Positions 36,945 to 44,685 are shown, counted from the stretch's first letter. The stretch: 62,126 bases of DNA from a virus (IMGVR_UViG_3300045996_000468:1-62126); one strand, 5' to 3'. Numbers and translations are program-made. Notes: generated by a model from the letters alone, not told the origin.

Positions 36945-37489
36945 CCGATCACGAAAACACGATGCTGCTCACGCTCGACCTTGCGTCGCGCGTGGGCTTC
37001 GCCTTCGGCCGCTGCGGCGACGCCAAGCCGAAGAGCGGCAGCATTCTATTCGGCAACAAAGACACGCCGCGCCCGCGCAGATATCGCCGCTATCGCGAAT
37101 GGCTGGTCGACATGGTCAACACGGTCGGCGCGGATATCGTGACCTATGAACGGCCGTTCGCCGGCCAGAACATTCAGACGGCGCGCTTCCTGTTCGGCTT
37201 GTCCGAACACACCGACGAAATCTTCGATCAAACGCACGTGCAGGTTTTTGAAGCGAGCGTTAGTCAAGTTCGGATGCACTTCATCGGCAGCAATCCGAAA
37301 GGCGACGAAGGCAAGCGCCGCGTGCAGGCGAAGTGCAATGATCTTGGTTGGGAGTTTGAAGACAGCGACGCGGCCGACGCAATGGCGGTCTGGTCCTATC
37401 AGCGGTCTATTCTCGTTCCCCGCCACGCCGTCGCGGCGCTTCCGATGTTTCGTGGCGTGGAAGGCTCAAAGCCGCGAGCATCACGATAA
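36941..37489 (+). CDS. RuvC-like Holliday junction resolvase
   Basis: LTLDLA..G.A, YE.P, D.DAADA.AVW acidic motifs. Confidence 0.82.
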   Translation: MTDHENTMLLTLDLASRVGFAFGRCGDAKPKSGSILFGNKDTPRPRRYRRYREWLVDMVNTVGADIVTYERPFAGQNIQTARFLFGLSEHTDEIFDQTHVQVFEASVSQVRMHFIGSNPKGDEGKRRVQAKCNDLGWEFEDSDAADAMAVWSYQRSILVPRHAVAALPMFRGVEGSKPRASR

Positions 37490-37833
37490 CGATCGTCGTC
37501 GCGATCGTCAGAACAAACCACATCGCGGCGAACTCGAAGACGTTCATCGCGATCGTCTGCTTGATCTTCATCGTCAGCGAATAGCTGCAACCCCATAGTG
37601 CGACTGTTGTGCGGATCATCACGATTGCCTTTGATCGAAGTGCGCGCAGGAAAAGTTGTCAGCCGTCCACAGCGTCGCGCTTTGCATGTCCGGATCACTG
37701 ACGAACATCATTTGCTGCGGATCGCCGTCACAGTCAGTAACGTGCAATGCCTTATCGCAAGCGCCTAGCCTCACTCTGCGCGGTGTTGTGAATGCCCTGC
37801 TGGCATCCCAATGCCGACATTGATCGCATCTGT

Positions 37834-38304
37834 TCATCGCCTGATCACTTCCCCATTCATGCGGCGCTTGATGCCGCTGGCCTTCGTGCCCGGCATTGGG
37901 CGCGAACGTGGCGCGGTGCGCTTCATCTTCGCGCGCCGTCGCTTCTGAACGCGCGGTGCTGGCGCGTCCGGATTTTCTTTCAAGTAGCGCGCGACGTGAT
38001 CGAGCGCGAGCGCAAACACATCGTTGACGCCGTGCGCTCGCCACCATCCTAGCTCATCGCCGTGCGCGTGCTGCGCCATGTGATGCGCATGCTTCAGCGG
38101 AAGCGCCCAACGATCATCGGGCTTCATCGCCATGCCGGCGAGTGGCGGCTTATTGTATTTGAGCGAGCCCGATCGAATGTGCGCGGCGTCGCACGGCGGG
38201 GGCTGTAAACACCCGCACGCGCAACGCTGCTGACGAAGCCAGATCAGATAGGCGTCATCGATCAGGCGCGGCGATCGCTGCCGCACCGGACGTTGTTCGG
38301 TCAT
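37834..38304 (-). CDS. DUF968-like putative HNH nuclease
   Basis: YL.WLR...C.C...AAH.R...G...KPDD.W..PL...HH..QH..G.E..WW. Confidence 0.82.
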   Translation of the reverse strand: MTEQRPVRQRSPRLIDDAYLIWLRQQRCACGCLQPPPCDAAHIRSGSLKYNKPPLAGMAMKPDDRWALPLKHAHHMAQHAHGDELGWWRAHGVNDVFALALDHVARYLKENPDAPAPRVQKRRRAKMKRTAPRSRPMPGTKASGIKRRMNGEVIRR

Positions 38305-38663
38305 CGGAATTTGATACTCGATCCGATGCGCGCGTGTTCCTGCTCGCGCGTGTGCAGTTCGGTGTTCGCAGCAAGGCGAAGATATTCGTCATACTCTTCC
38401 GGCGTCATGATGCCTTTGTCGATCAGCAGGCACACCAGCGCGAGCATGTCGGCCTTTTGCATATCGATGCCGACGCGCAAGTGTTTTGGCAGCGTCGCCG
38501 TTTTGCCGCTGCTCATGTCGAATGCGATCGCCGCCTGTACGCCATGCGCGGCCGCTTCATAGCTCAAGCCTAGATCGGTCATCTTGTCTTTGCCCGGCGT
38601 GCCCGGCGTCTCTTCCGGCGGCGGAGTGTTGACAGCGTTGGAAGTCGTTTTGTTGTTTGCCAT
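38301..38663 (-). CDS. Hypothetical protein (start uncertain)
   Basis: H.VQ....PKHLRVG.D motif recurrent in phages. Confidence 0.6.
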   Translation of the reverse strand: MANNKTTSNAVNTPPPEETPGTPGKDKMTDLGLSYEAAAHGVQAAIAFDMSSGKTATLPKHLRVGIDMQKADMLALVCLLIDKGIMTPEEYDEYLRLAANTELHTREQEHARIGSSIKFR

Positions 38664-38732
38664 AGTTCTTTCGTCTTTCCTCTTGTGATGGTTCGGCCCG
38701 GCCGATCGACCGGGCCGTCGCTTTATCCTCGA

Positions 38733-39194
38733 TCAGCGATCAAGGTTATCAATCAACGTCTGCGCCAACTCGCGCGCGCGCTGGCTGCGAATGGCGGCCG
38801 TCTGGATTTGCTCGAAGAGCCCGGCCGCGCGCTCGCGATACTTCTCCGCGACTTCGGCATATTCCTGCGCCAACTCGCGGCCGACACGCGCCGCATCTTC
38901 GCCGGCACGCTCGTATTCCTTGCCGGCTTCCTCGATCGCGTTCGCCGCTGAAAGCAATTGCTGCGCGGCCGCCGTCGACGACAGCCGGCCGGCGTCGCTC
39001 ACGCCTTCAATGTGTATGAAGCTATCCGGCAGCTTCGGCGGCGGCGCGAACGTGGCGCGCGGGTCTGCGGCTTGCGCTTCGACGACGCCGTTCATCGCCT
39101 TCGTCGCATCGTTGTCCGCGATCAATTTCGTCACGTCCAGCGCTTCGCCTCTGGCGATATCTTCGATCTGCTTTGCTTGGGACTTGGTCATCAT
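38733..39194 (-). CDS. Hypothetical coiled-coil protein
   Basis: AGGAG upstream; helical composition. Confidence 0.6.
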   Translation of the reverse strand: MMTKSQAKQIEDIARGEALDVTKLIADNDATKAMNGVVEAQAADPRATFAPPPKLPDSFIHIEGVSDAGRLSSTAAAQQLLSAANAIEEAGKEYERAGEDAARVGRELAQEYAEVAEKYRERAAGLFEQIQTAAIRSQRARELAQTLIDNLDR

Positions 39195-39236
39195 GGCTCT
39201 TTGCTCCTGCTTGGTGTTGCGCCCGTGGCGCGGGGG

Positions 39237-39512
39237 TTAAACGTCGTTGACGGCGGCGGCGATCTGATCTGCGATCGATTGCGTCAATGCGCCGTCAAAC
39301 CATTCGCGAACGCGCTCGCGTTCGTCGTCGTTCGCGCTGGCGATCTGCGTCGCGGCGACAAGCGCCATGACGTTCAAGATCACGAATGCGTTTTCGGGGC
39401 GCGGCCCGTGCCGGGCGTTCATGTGTCGCTGGAATTTGCCAGTCTCGTCTAAGACGGTTCCTGCGAAATGATTGAAGTCGTCCATATCTAGGGACATGCG
39501 TTTTTCGCTCAT
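39237..39512 (-). CDS. Hypothetical protein
   Basis: ATGA coupling with the upstream ORF. Confidence 0.55.
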   Translation of the reverse strand: MSEKRMSLDMDDFNHFAGTVLDETGKFQRHMNARHGPRPENAFVILNVMALVAATQIASANDDERERVREWFDGALTQSIADQIAAAVNDV

Positions 39513-39781
39513 TTGCTCTTCGCCTTTCTGCGCTTCGCGCTCTTGCGTTTCAAAACCTTGCGCGGCCGCCCGCGCGTGGCCTTATTCAACGTCGCTTCAT
39601 CCGGCATCTGAAAGACGCCGGGCTTCGTGCGCGGCTTGCGCTTCGGCATCGGATTATCGAGTGATGATCCGGGCTTCAGCGGCTCGGCTGATCGAATGCC
39701 GGGCCTAAAGTAATTGTCACCGCGCCGCATTCGCAGCGCGATCACGCTCGCCTCTTTCGGGCCTATCTCTCTTTTCGCCAT
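39509..39781 (-). CDS. Small basic protein with RGRPRK (AT-hook-like) motif
   Basis: GGGAAG RBS; Lys/Arg-rich C-terminus. Confidence 0.55.
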   Translation of the reverse strand: MAKREIGPKEASVIALRMRRGDNYFRPGIRSAEPLKPGSSLDNPMPKRKPRTKPGVFQMPDEATLNKATRGRPRKVLKRKSAKRRKAKSK

Positions 39782-39790
39782 GTGCTTCCC

Positions 39791-40546
39791 CTACAGTGAC
39801 ACGCCGCGACGGCGCAATTCGTGTTGGCAAGTGAAGATCATGTCTTCGTCGTCTTTGAACGTGTCGACGATCCATCGCAGATAGCCGGCATCGATCTGAT
39901 CGAACGTCAAATCTTTCAGCTTAGGATCGTTGCGCGTGCCGCCGATCGGTGTCGCTGCGATCCTGCACCGATAGAGTAATGCAGGCTGCGAGCTAATCTC
40001 GATCATGTCAGCGATCGTCAGCTTCGCGAGCGCGCGAACAAGCACGCTCGCAGTGACGAAAGTGTCCGCGCCCGCGCGGTGCGGCGGATGCGCCCGCGCC
40101 GGATCAAGCTTCAAGCGAAGTGCATACGCCATCGCCCAATTTTTATGGCTGTCCAGTTTCGGCGCGAGACGAAGCGAGACTTTCCACGTGCAAATCCATG
40201 GCGCATTCGTCGGCGCGAGATTGGCAAGGCGTTCTCGATCGAAAGATGCCACGTGCGCAGCGTAGGCTTCGATCGGGTCGACCGTTCCGTCTTTATGCGT
40301 GAATGGCTCGTAAACGCCATGATCGCGGATCACTTCGGAAAGCAACGGCTTCCCCTTCACGTCTTCGTCGACAATATGATGCGTCGCCATTGCGCCGAAC
40401 TCGATCAAGCAACCGGGATCGACCAGCCATGACCGCGTTTGCCCGATCGTCCATTCGCCATCCGTCATCCGAAAAACATCGGTGTGCGCTATCTCGACGA
40501 CTTCGCCGTTCAGCCCGGTTGTTTCAGTGTCAAGAACTCGCAACAT
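39791..40546 (-). CDS. DEDDh 3'-5' exonuclease (ExoX-like)
   Basis: LDTETTG, AH.A.FD, WICT.K, HRA..D motifs; GGGAGG RBS. Confidence 0.92.
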   Translation of the reverse strand: MLRVLDTETTGLNGEVVEIAHTDVFRMTDGEWTIGQTRSWLVDPGCLIEFGAMATHHIVDEDVKGKPLLSEVIRDHGVYEPFTHKDGTVDPIEAYAAHVASFDRERLANLAPTNAPWICTWKVSLRLAPKLDSHKNWAMAYALRLKLDPARAHPPHRAGADTFVTASVLVRALAKLTIADMIEISSQPALLYRCRIAATPIGGTRNDPKLKDLTFDQIDAGYLRWIVDTFKDDEDMIFTCQHELRRRGVSL

Positions 40547-40569
40547 TTCCCCCTCCCTTTTTCTTCCAA

Positions 40570-41059
40570 AAACAAAAAGCCTGCCATGCCATGCCCAACG
40601 CGGCTGCGCCGGTCCCCGACGAGCGACGCCTGCCGTGCTGCGCCATGCCTAACCACGCGCGGAAGTGCCTCGACACGCCCGCCCTGCCATGCCCACACAC
40701 GCCACGCATTGCCCTGCCGATCCGGTCCAAGCCTGCCATGCCTATGCGTGCCACGCCTGCCAAACCGCGCCATGCCAAGCCAAGCCTAAACGTGCCCAAC
40801 CCCGACGGGCCTGCCGTGCCATGATCTGCCGCGCCTCGTCCTGCCGTGCCGTTCCCGTTCACGCCTGCCGGGCGTCGCCGATGCTTGCGCAGCCCTGCGC
40901 ATCCATGCCTTGCCTGCCGCGCCTAACCAACGCCTTGACGAGACAAACCCCGCCGATCCGTGCCTAGCCTGCCAAGCCCGGACATGCCTAGCGCGAACTA
41001 GCCTAGCCATGCCTGCCGAACCTAACCGCGCCTGTCACGCCTAACCGCGCCCGATTGCA
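40570..41059 (-). ncRNA. Putative multi-unit guide RNA precursor with gapped dinucleotide code
   Basis: Co-oriented with and directly downstream of the RAMP-like gene pair; ends in GGCAGGC-UUUUUGUUUUU; the dinucleotides decode to conserved protein motifs. Confidence 0.75.
40579..41053. repeat. Array of 5-nt steps (+ strand RCC-NN; - strand NN-GGY) divided by GCCTGCC/GGCAGGC into 10-11 units
   Basis: Boundaries at 40579, 40628, 40677 (GCCCGCC), 40731, 40755, 40809, 40863, 40912, 40967, 41011 and 41030 (GCCTGTC); spacings 49,49,54,24,54,54,49,55,44,19 (5n+4 except one). By hand count 54 of 86 triplets are exact RCC. Confidence 0.95.
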
Positions 41060-41509
41060 TCACGCGCTTGCGCGTGACGCCGTCTTGTTCGGCCGCTTGT
41101 CTTTCGCTCGATCGACAGCGGACCAAACTTCGTTGAGCGCTTGCACACGTTGAAACTTCGCTTGCACGCGCGATAGTTCTTTCATCGCATCATCAAAAAG
41201 AACTTCCATCAAGTCGCGCGATGCTGCGACTTCATCGATCGCCCGATATCCGCCGCCGTCGACGCGGTCGATCGACAGTGACACCAGCACGGGCGATCCA
41301 TCCGCCTGCACAACATGCAACTGGATCAATCGACGCGCTTGCCAAAGGCGATATTCCTTCGCGGCTTCGGCGTCATCCCAAATGAACATTGAGTTCAGTT
41401 CGCTGCGCTTATTCTTGCGCGCGAAGTCGACGACATCTTCAGCGTGAAGCATGCCGTCTTTGCTGGCGGCTTTCACCGCCAGCAATTCATTTTTCAGCTT
41501 TACCGACAT
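41060..41509 (-). CDS. Accessory protein of the RAMP-like/array locus
   Basis: G.L....VV..A.....L...F.WDD.EAA..YRL.QAR.LI phage family; GGAG RBS; its stop codon abuts the array. Confidence 0.82.
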   Translation of the reverse strand: MSVKLKNELLAVKAASKDGMLHAEDVVDFARKNKRSELNSMFIWDDAEAAKEYRLWQARRLIQLHVVQADGSPVLVSLSIDRVDGGGYRAIDEVAASRDLMEVLFDDAMKELSRVQAKFQRVQALNEVWSAVDRAKDKRPNKTASRASA

Positions 41510-41523
41510 TTCGCTCCGTTCCT

Positions 41524-42240
41524 TTACGATACGAGTTCAAACAATCCCCAACCAAGCCCGGCAGAATTGCGACTGTCTGGCCGCCCCTCACCGATGCCGA
41601 CTTGCAAGCCGACGCGCGCGAACAAGTTCGCAACGTCGCTTGCGGAAAACTGCGCGGCATCCCAACGAATGCGCACGACAGCTTCCCAACCTTCGCGCCA
41701 CATCGGGCGGCACCGAATATCGGTGCTGCCGTTGTCGTTTCGTGCTGGCGCGAAATGCCGTTCCGGATCGCCCTTCGTGATCTTCACAAGTGGCGTCCCG
41801 TCGACGGCATCGAAGCCGTCCGCCTCGACGAACAGCGACAGCTTCGCCAGCGTCATCTTGAAGCCGATCGTTCGGCACGCGGATATCATCGCGTTTCGGA
41901 ATGCCGGCGCGGGAATGCCGCACCATCCTTCGGTCGACTTGTGTTTCGCGCCTTCGAAGACGGCGTCGAAATCTTTCGGATCGCGCTGGCGTCCTTTGCG
42001 CGCCTGCGATCCGGCCATTTGCGTTTCGATCATCGTCTGTTGTGACTTCTGACTGAAAGCATGCTGCACATACGGCGACGTTCCGCGAATGCGGATCGCT
42101 GCGGTTTCGAACTTCGGCGGCGCGATGATCGCCTGTCGTGTGTTCGGATCGCTCGCGATCTTTTTTGCTGCTGTGATTTTCATCGGGACCACTTCAGCGG
42201 TGGCGACTTTCTTTGGCTTAGGCACTTGCGTTTGCTCCAT
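41524..42240 (-). CDS. Cas7/RAMP-fold-like RNA-binding protein (putative guide-RNA effector)
   Basis: N-terminal strand I.I.G.SPY..H, IP..AF.NAM..A helix (compare RAMP IPGSS.KG.LR), C-terminal Gly-rich loop G..VGIGEGRP......G.GWG.F. Confidence 0.75.
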   Translation of the reverse strand: MEQTQVPKPKKVATAEVVPMKITAAKKIASDPNTRQAIIAPPKFETAAIRIRGTSPYVQHAFSQKSQQTMIETQMAGSQARKGRQRDPKDFDAVFEGAKHKSTEGWCGIPAPAFRNAMISACRTIGFKMTLAKLSLFVEADGFDAVDGTPLVKITKGDPERHFAPARNDNGSTDIRCRPMWREGWEAVVRIRWDAAQFSASDVANLFARVGLQVGIGEGRPDSRNSAGLGWGLFELVS

Positions 42241-42287
42241 TTTAGAAAATGCGCTGTTGCGGCCAGCGCGTTGCCGGTTCGGTAGTT

Positions 42288-42554
42288 CTATTGCGGCGTC
42301 CCTCGCTCTTCCTCGATCGCCTGCAATCGATCGACGATCACCCTGCGAAGCGAAGTGACGACGGCGTCCGCGCCCTGCGCTTCGGCAACTTCGATCGCGT
42401 CTTCGAGCCCTTCAATGGTCGCGCGATTGAAAGCGGTCGCGAGAATTTCAAATCGATCGCTATCGGTTAAAGCTTGCGCCATCTGGCGGAAGACGCGGAC
42501 TTTCCACGCCGCGCGATCCTGCACAATGCGTTCGCCTTTCTCACTCAATGCCAT
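42288..42554 (-). CDS. Hypothetical protein
   Basis: AGGAG RBS; helical. Confidence 0.55.
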   Translation of the reverse strand: MALSEKGERIVQDRAAWKVRVFRQMAQALTDSDRFEILATAFNRATIEGLEDAIEVAEAQGADAVVTSLRRVIVDRLQAIEEERGTPQ

Positions 42555-42927
42555 CGTGTTTTGCTCCTGCTATGGCGTTGCGGTCTAGTACGGCTTCGAT
42601 CTGCTTGTTCAGTTCGTCGCTGACGATTGTGAAAGCTTTGACGGCTTTCAATGCTTCAAGCCGCGCCGCCAATTCGTGCGGCGTCGGTTCGCTCTTGGTG
42701 CGATCGCGGTTATCGATGCCCCACGTCTCGCCGCCGTAGCGCTGGCGCAGTTCGTCTAGCGATAGGCGTGGCGCGTCGCGCTGGCGTTCGCGACGGCGTA
42801 TCTCTGCGGCTTCCGCATTCTCGCGCGCAATCGTGTTGTGCGCGGCGTTGCGCTGCTTGCGCGCTTCAAACTCGCGCTGCATTTCGCGCTGCGCTTCGTC
42901 CCATGCAATGAAGTCGTCAGGCATCAC
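42541..42927 (-). CDS. Hypothetical protein
   Basis: Part of the coupled - strand run. Confidence 0.55.
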   Translation of the reverse strand: MMPDDFIAWDEAQREMQREFEARKQRNAAHNTIARENAEAAEIRRRERQRDAPRLSLDELRQRYGGETWGIDNRDRTKSEPTPHELAARLEALKAVKAFTIVSDELNKQIEAVLDRNAIAGAKHDGIE

Positions 42928-43085
42928 TCTCGTCCATCGCTTCAGCGACTAAGCACGCCGTCGACACATACAGCGCGCCGCTCGGCGCGATCATTCGTTC
43001 GGGTTTGTCGGTGAACGTCAGGATGCCGAAATAACGTAGCGCGCCGACGTTGATGCACCAAGCATCAAGAAACTCTTGCGGGTTG

Positions 43086-43382
43086 TCAGTCATCGTGCAG
43101 CCGCGACTTGATATCAGCGATCAGCGTCACGATGCTCATGCCCGATGGTTTCCATTGCCGGCCAAGCGCATCGCACAGAAGCTTTTCAATCTCGATGAAG
43201 TCGGCAAGCACTTTATCGGTGTAAACGTCGTCGCCTGTTGTGTTGAACGCGGCGGCGATGCTGTCGATCAACTCTTCCGCTTGGCGCTCCGTCCCGATGA
43301 TGACGTTATGACCATCGGGGCCGCTATAAAGCTTGATGTGATAGCCCGCGCCGGTCCCCGTTCCTCGATATTCAAGTTTCAT
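43086..43382 (-). CDS. Hypothetical protein
   Basis: ATGA coupling with the upstream ORF. Confidence 0.5.
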   Translation of the reverse strand: MKLEYRGTGTGAGYHIKLYSGPDGHNVIIGTERQAEELIDSIAAAFNTTGDDVYTDKVLADFIEIEKLLCDALGRQWKPSGMSIVTLIADIKSRLHDD

Positions 43383-43990
43383 GGCTTGTCACTTTCTGCG
43401 ATCGCCGCTGATGGTCGCACTGTCCCAACTGCGACGCGATCGAGTTTCGCGTGTTCATTGCAGACGAACTTTTCACCGATGAACATGCCTTGTGGGCTCT
43501 TGGTGTCGACCGGCTCTTTGAACGTGCAGCCGGGCGCGCTGCATTGGCGGAAGGCTTGCGGCCTGTCGATGGGCGGATCGCGGGCAAGCAGCTTTTCGTG
43601 AATGTCCACCAGCTTTTCAAACGCGTGATCGAATGCGGCGAGTTGCTTGCGGTCAATGCGGCCTTCGTTCGCTGCGATCTTTCGCTCCTGCAAGTCGGCG
43701 TGCGCAACGGGTATCAGTTCGCCAATCTGCCGCGTCAGGTCAGCAACGAACTGCTTTGACTTTTCCATTTGAGCCCGACCGCATGCAACGCAGATCGTCG
43801 GCACGTAGCCGGCCGGCGCGCCCGCGAAAATCTTCTCTTCCTTGCCGCACACTGAACAGAAGAAAGAAGTTTTCAGGATGGCACGTGCGCGACGTTCCTC
43901 GCGCCGAACTCGCACCTTCGGCACGCTGGTCACTGGCGGGCCGCCATCGCGCCCGATGTATTTGTCGGCTGTTCGTTTTGCGTCGCTCAT
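43379..43990 (-). CDS. Hypothetical zinc-finger protein
   Basis: CSVC, CVAC, C...C, C..H motifs; coupled starts and stops. Confidence 0.55.
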   Translation of the reverse strand: MSDAKRTADKYIGRDGGPPVTSVPKVRVRREERRARAILKTSFFCSVCGKEEKIFAGAPAGYVPTICVACGRAQMEKSKQFVADLTRQIGELIPVAHADLQERKIAANEGRIDRKQLAAFDHAFEKLVDIHEKLLARDPPIDRPQAFRQCSAPGCTFKEPVDTKSPQGMFIGEKFVCNEHAKLDRVAVGTVRPSAAIAESDKP

Positions 43991-44220
43991 GGCTCGCCCT
44001 TTCGCTGATAGTCGCCGCACCAATCGTCACGGTCGACGATCGGCCATCGCGTCACGGGTCTGATGAATTTTTCCGACGTTTCGTTGCCGGCGGCGTCACG
44101 CGAAAATCGCTCGCCGGCCACTTCCTGAAATATCGCCGGGCTGTGCCGGCGGCATTGATATTCAGCCGACACCGTCAAGTAATAGACGAAGCGGCAGTTT
44201 CGACATTCCTCACCGATCAT
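43987..44220 (-). CDS. Small Cys-rich phage protein
   Basis: C..C.F....CRR..P....WP.V...DWCG.Y family motif. Confidence 0.7.
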   Translation of the reverse strand: MIGEECRNCRFVYYLTVSAEYQCRRHSPAIFQEVAGERFSRDAAGNETSEKFIRPVTRWPIVDRDDWCGDYQRKGEP

Positions 44221-44606
44221 TTGTCGCGCTCCATTTCGCTTGGCGTCTTATCGAGCGGCTTCCAATGCGTGAAGAAACCTTCGGGATACGCGGGGCCATC
44301 GGCAACGTGCCATCGATACGGGCCGGGGCCTTCGTTGTTGTAAAACACGACTTGATGAAAGCCGCCCTGCACGGCGTTGTCGATCGCGAGAATATCCGTT
44401 CCGTCTTTCGGCGCGGTGTCGATCGGTTGCCATTCTGTGATGACGGCGCGCTTATTCCACGCGCTCAAAACCATCGGCTTTGTCGGGAATAGTCCCGACG
44501 TTGTCGCGCACTTCGGACTGTTGCACTCGATCTGAAAACCGATCGGCGGCGATCCGAAGCTTGCGCGCCCGCCGCAGTGGGCACAATTGTCTGGCGTGTC
44601 TTTCAT
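44217..44606 (-). CDS. Lar-like (restriction alleviation) zinc finger fused to a DUF551-like domain
   Basis: C.HCGG.A...C...C...AWN.R followed by WQPI.TAPKDGT...THW.PL. Confidence 0.75.
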   Translation of the reverse strand: MKDTPDNCAHCGGRASFGSPPIGFQIECNSPKCATTSGLFPTKPMVLSAWNKRAVITEWQPIDTAPKDGTDILAIDNAVQGGFHQVVFYNNEGPGPYRWHVADGPAYPEGFFTHWKPLDKTPSEMERDK

Positions 44607-44685
44607 TGCGTTTGCTCCCTTTTCGCAAGTGCATTTCAAACAAAGATGAAACCGCTGGCGGCACAAGCGGTCATGGCCGGTCAGA

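Noticed and set aside
40303-41010. ORFs called across the array (40303-40824, 40439-40789, 40510-40773, 40530-40862, 40665-40967, 40786-41010)
   Set aside because: Low-complexity translations (AMPCP/AWHG-type) arise from the 5-nt periodicity in several frames on both strands; none has a convincing RBS or domain.
40579-41053. Classical CRISPR array
   Set aside because: There is no 23-47 nt conserved repeat with unique spacers. The only constant delimiter is 7 nt, the 'spacers' are themselves 5-nt periodic, and no cas1/cas2/cas6 was recognised.
40579-41053. Simple microsatellite or slippage repeat
   Set aside because: The dinucleotides are highly diverse, the phase is kept through triplet substitutions, unit lengths follow 5n+4, and the dinucleotides decode to meaningful motifs.
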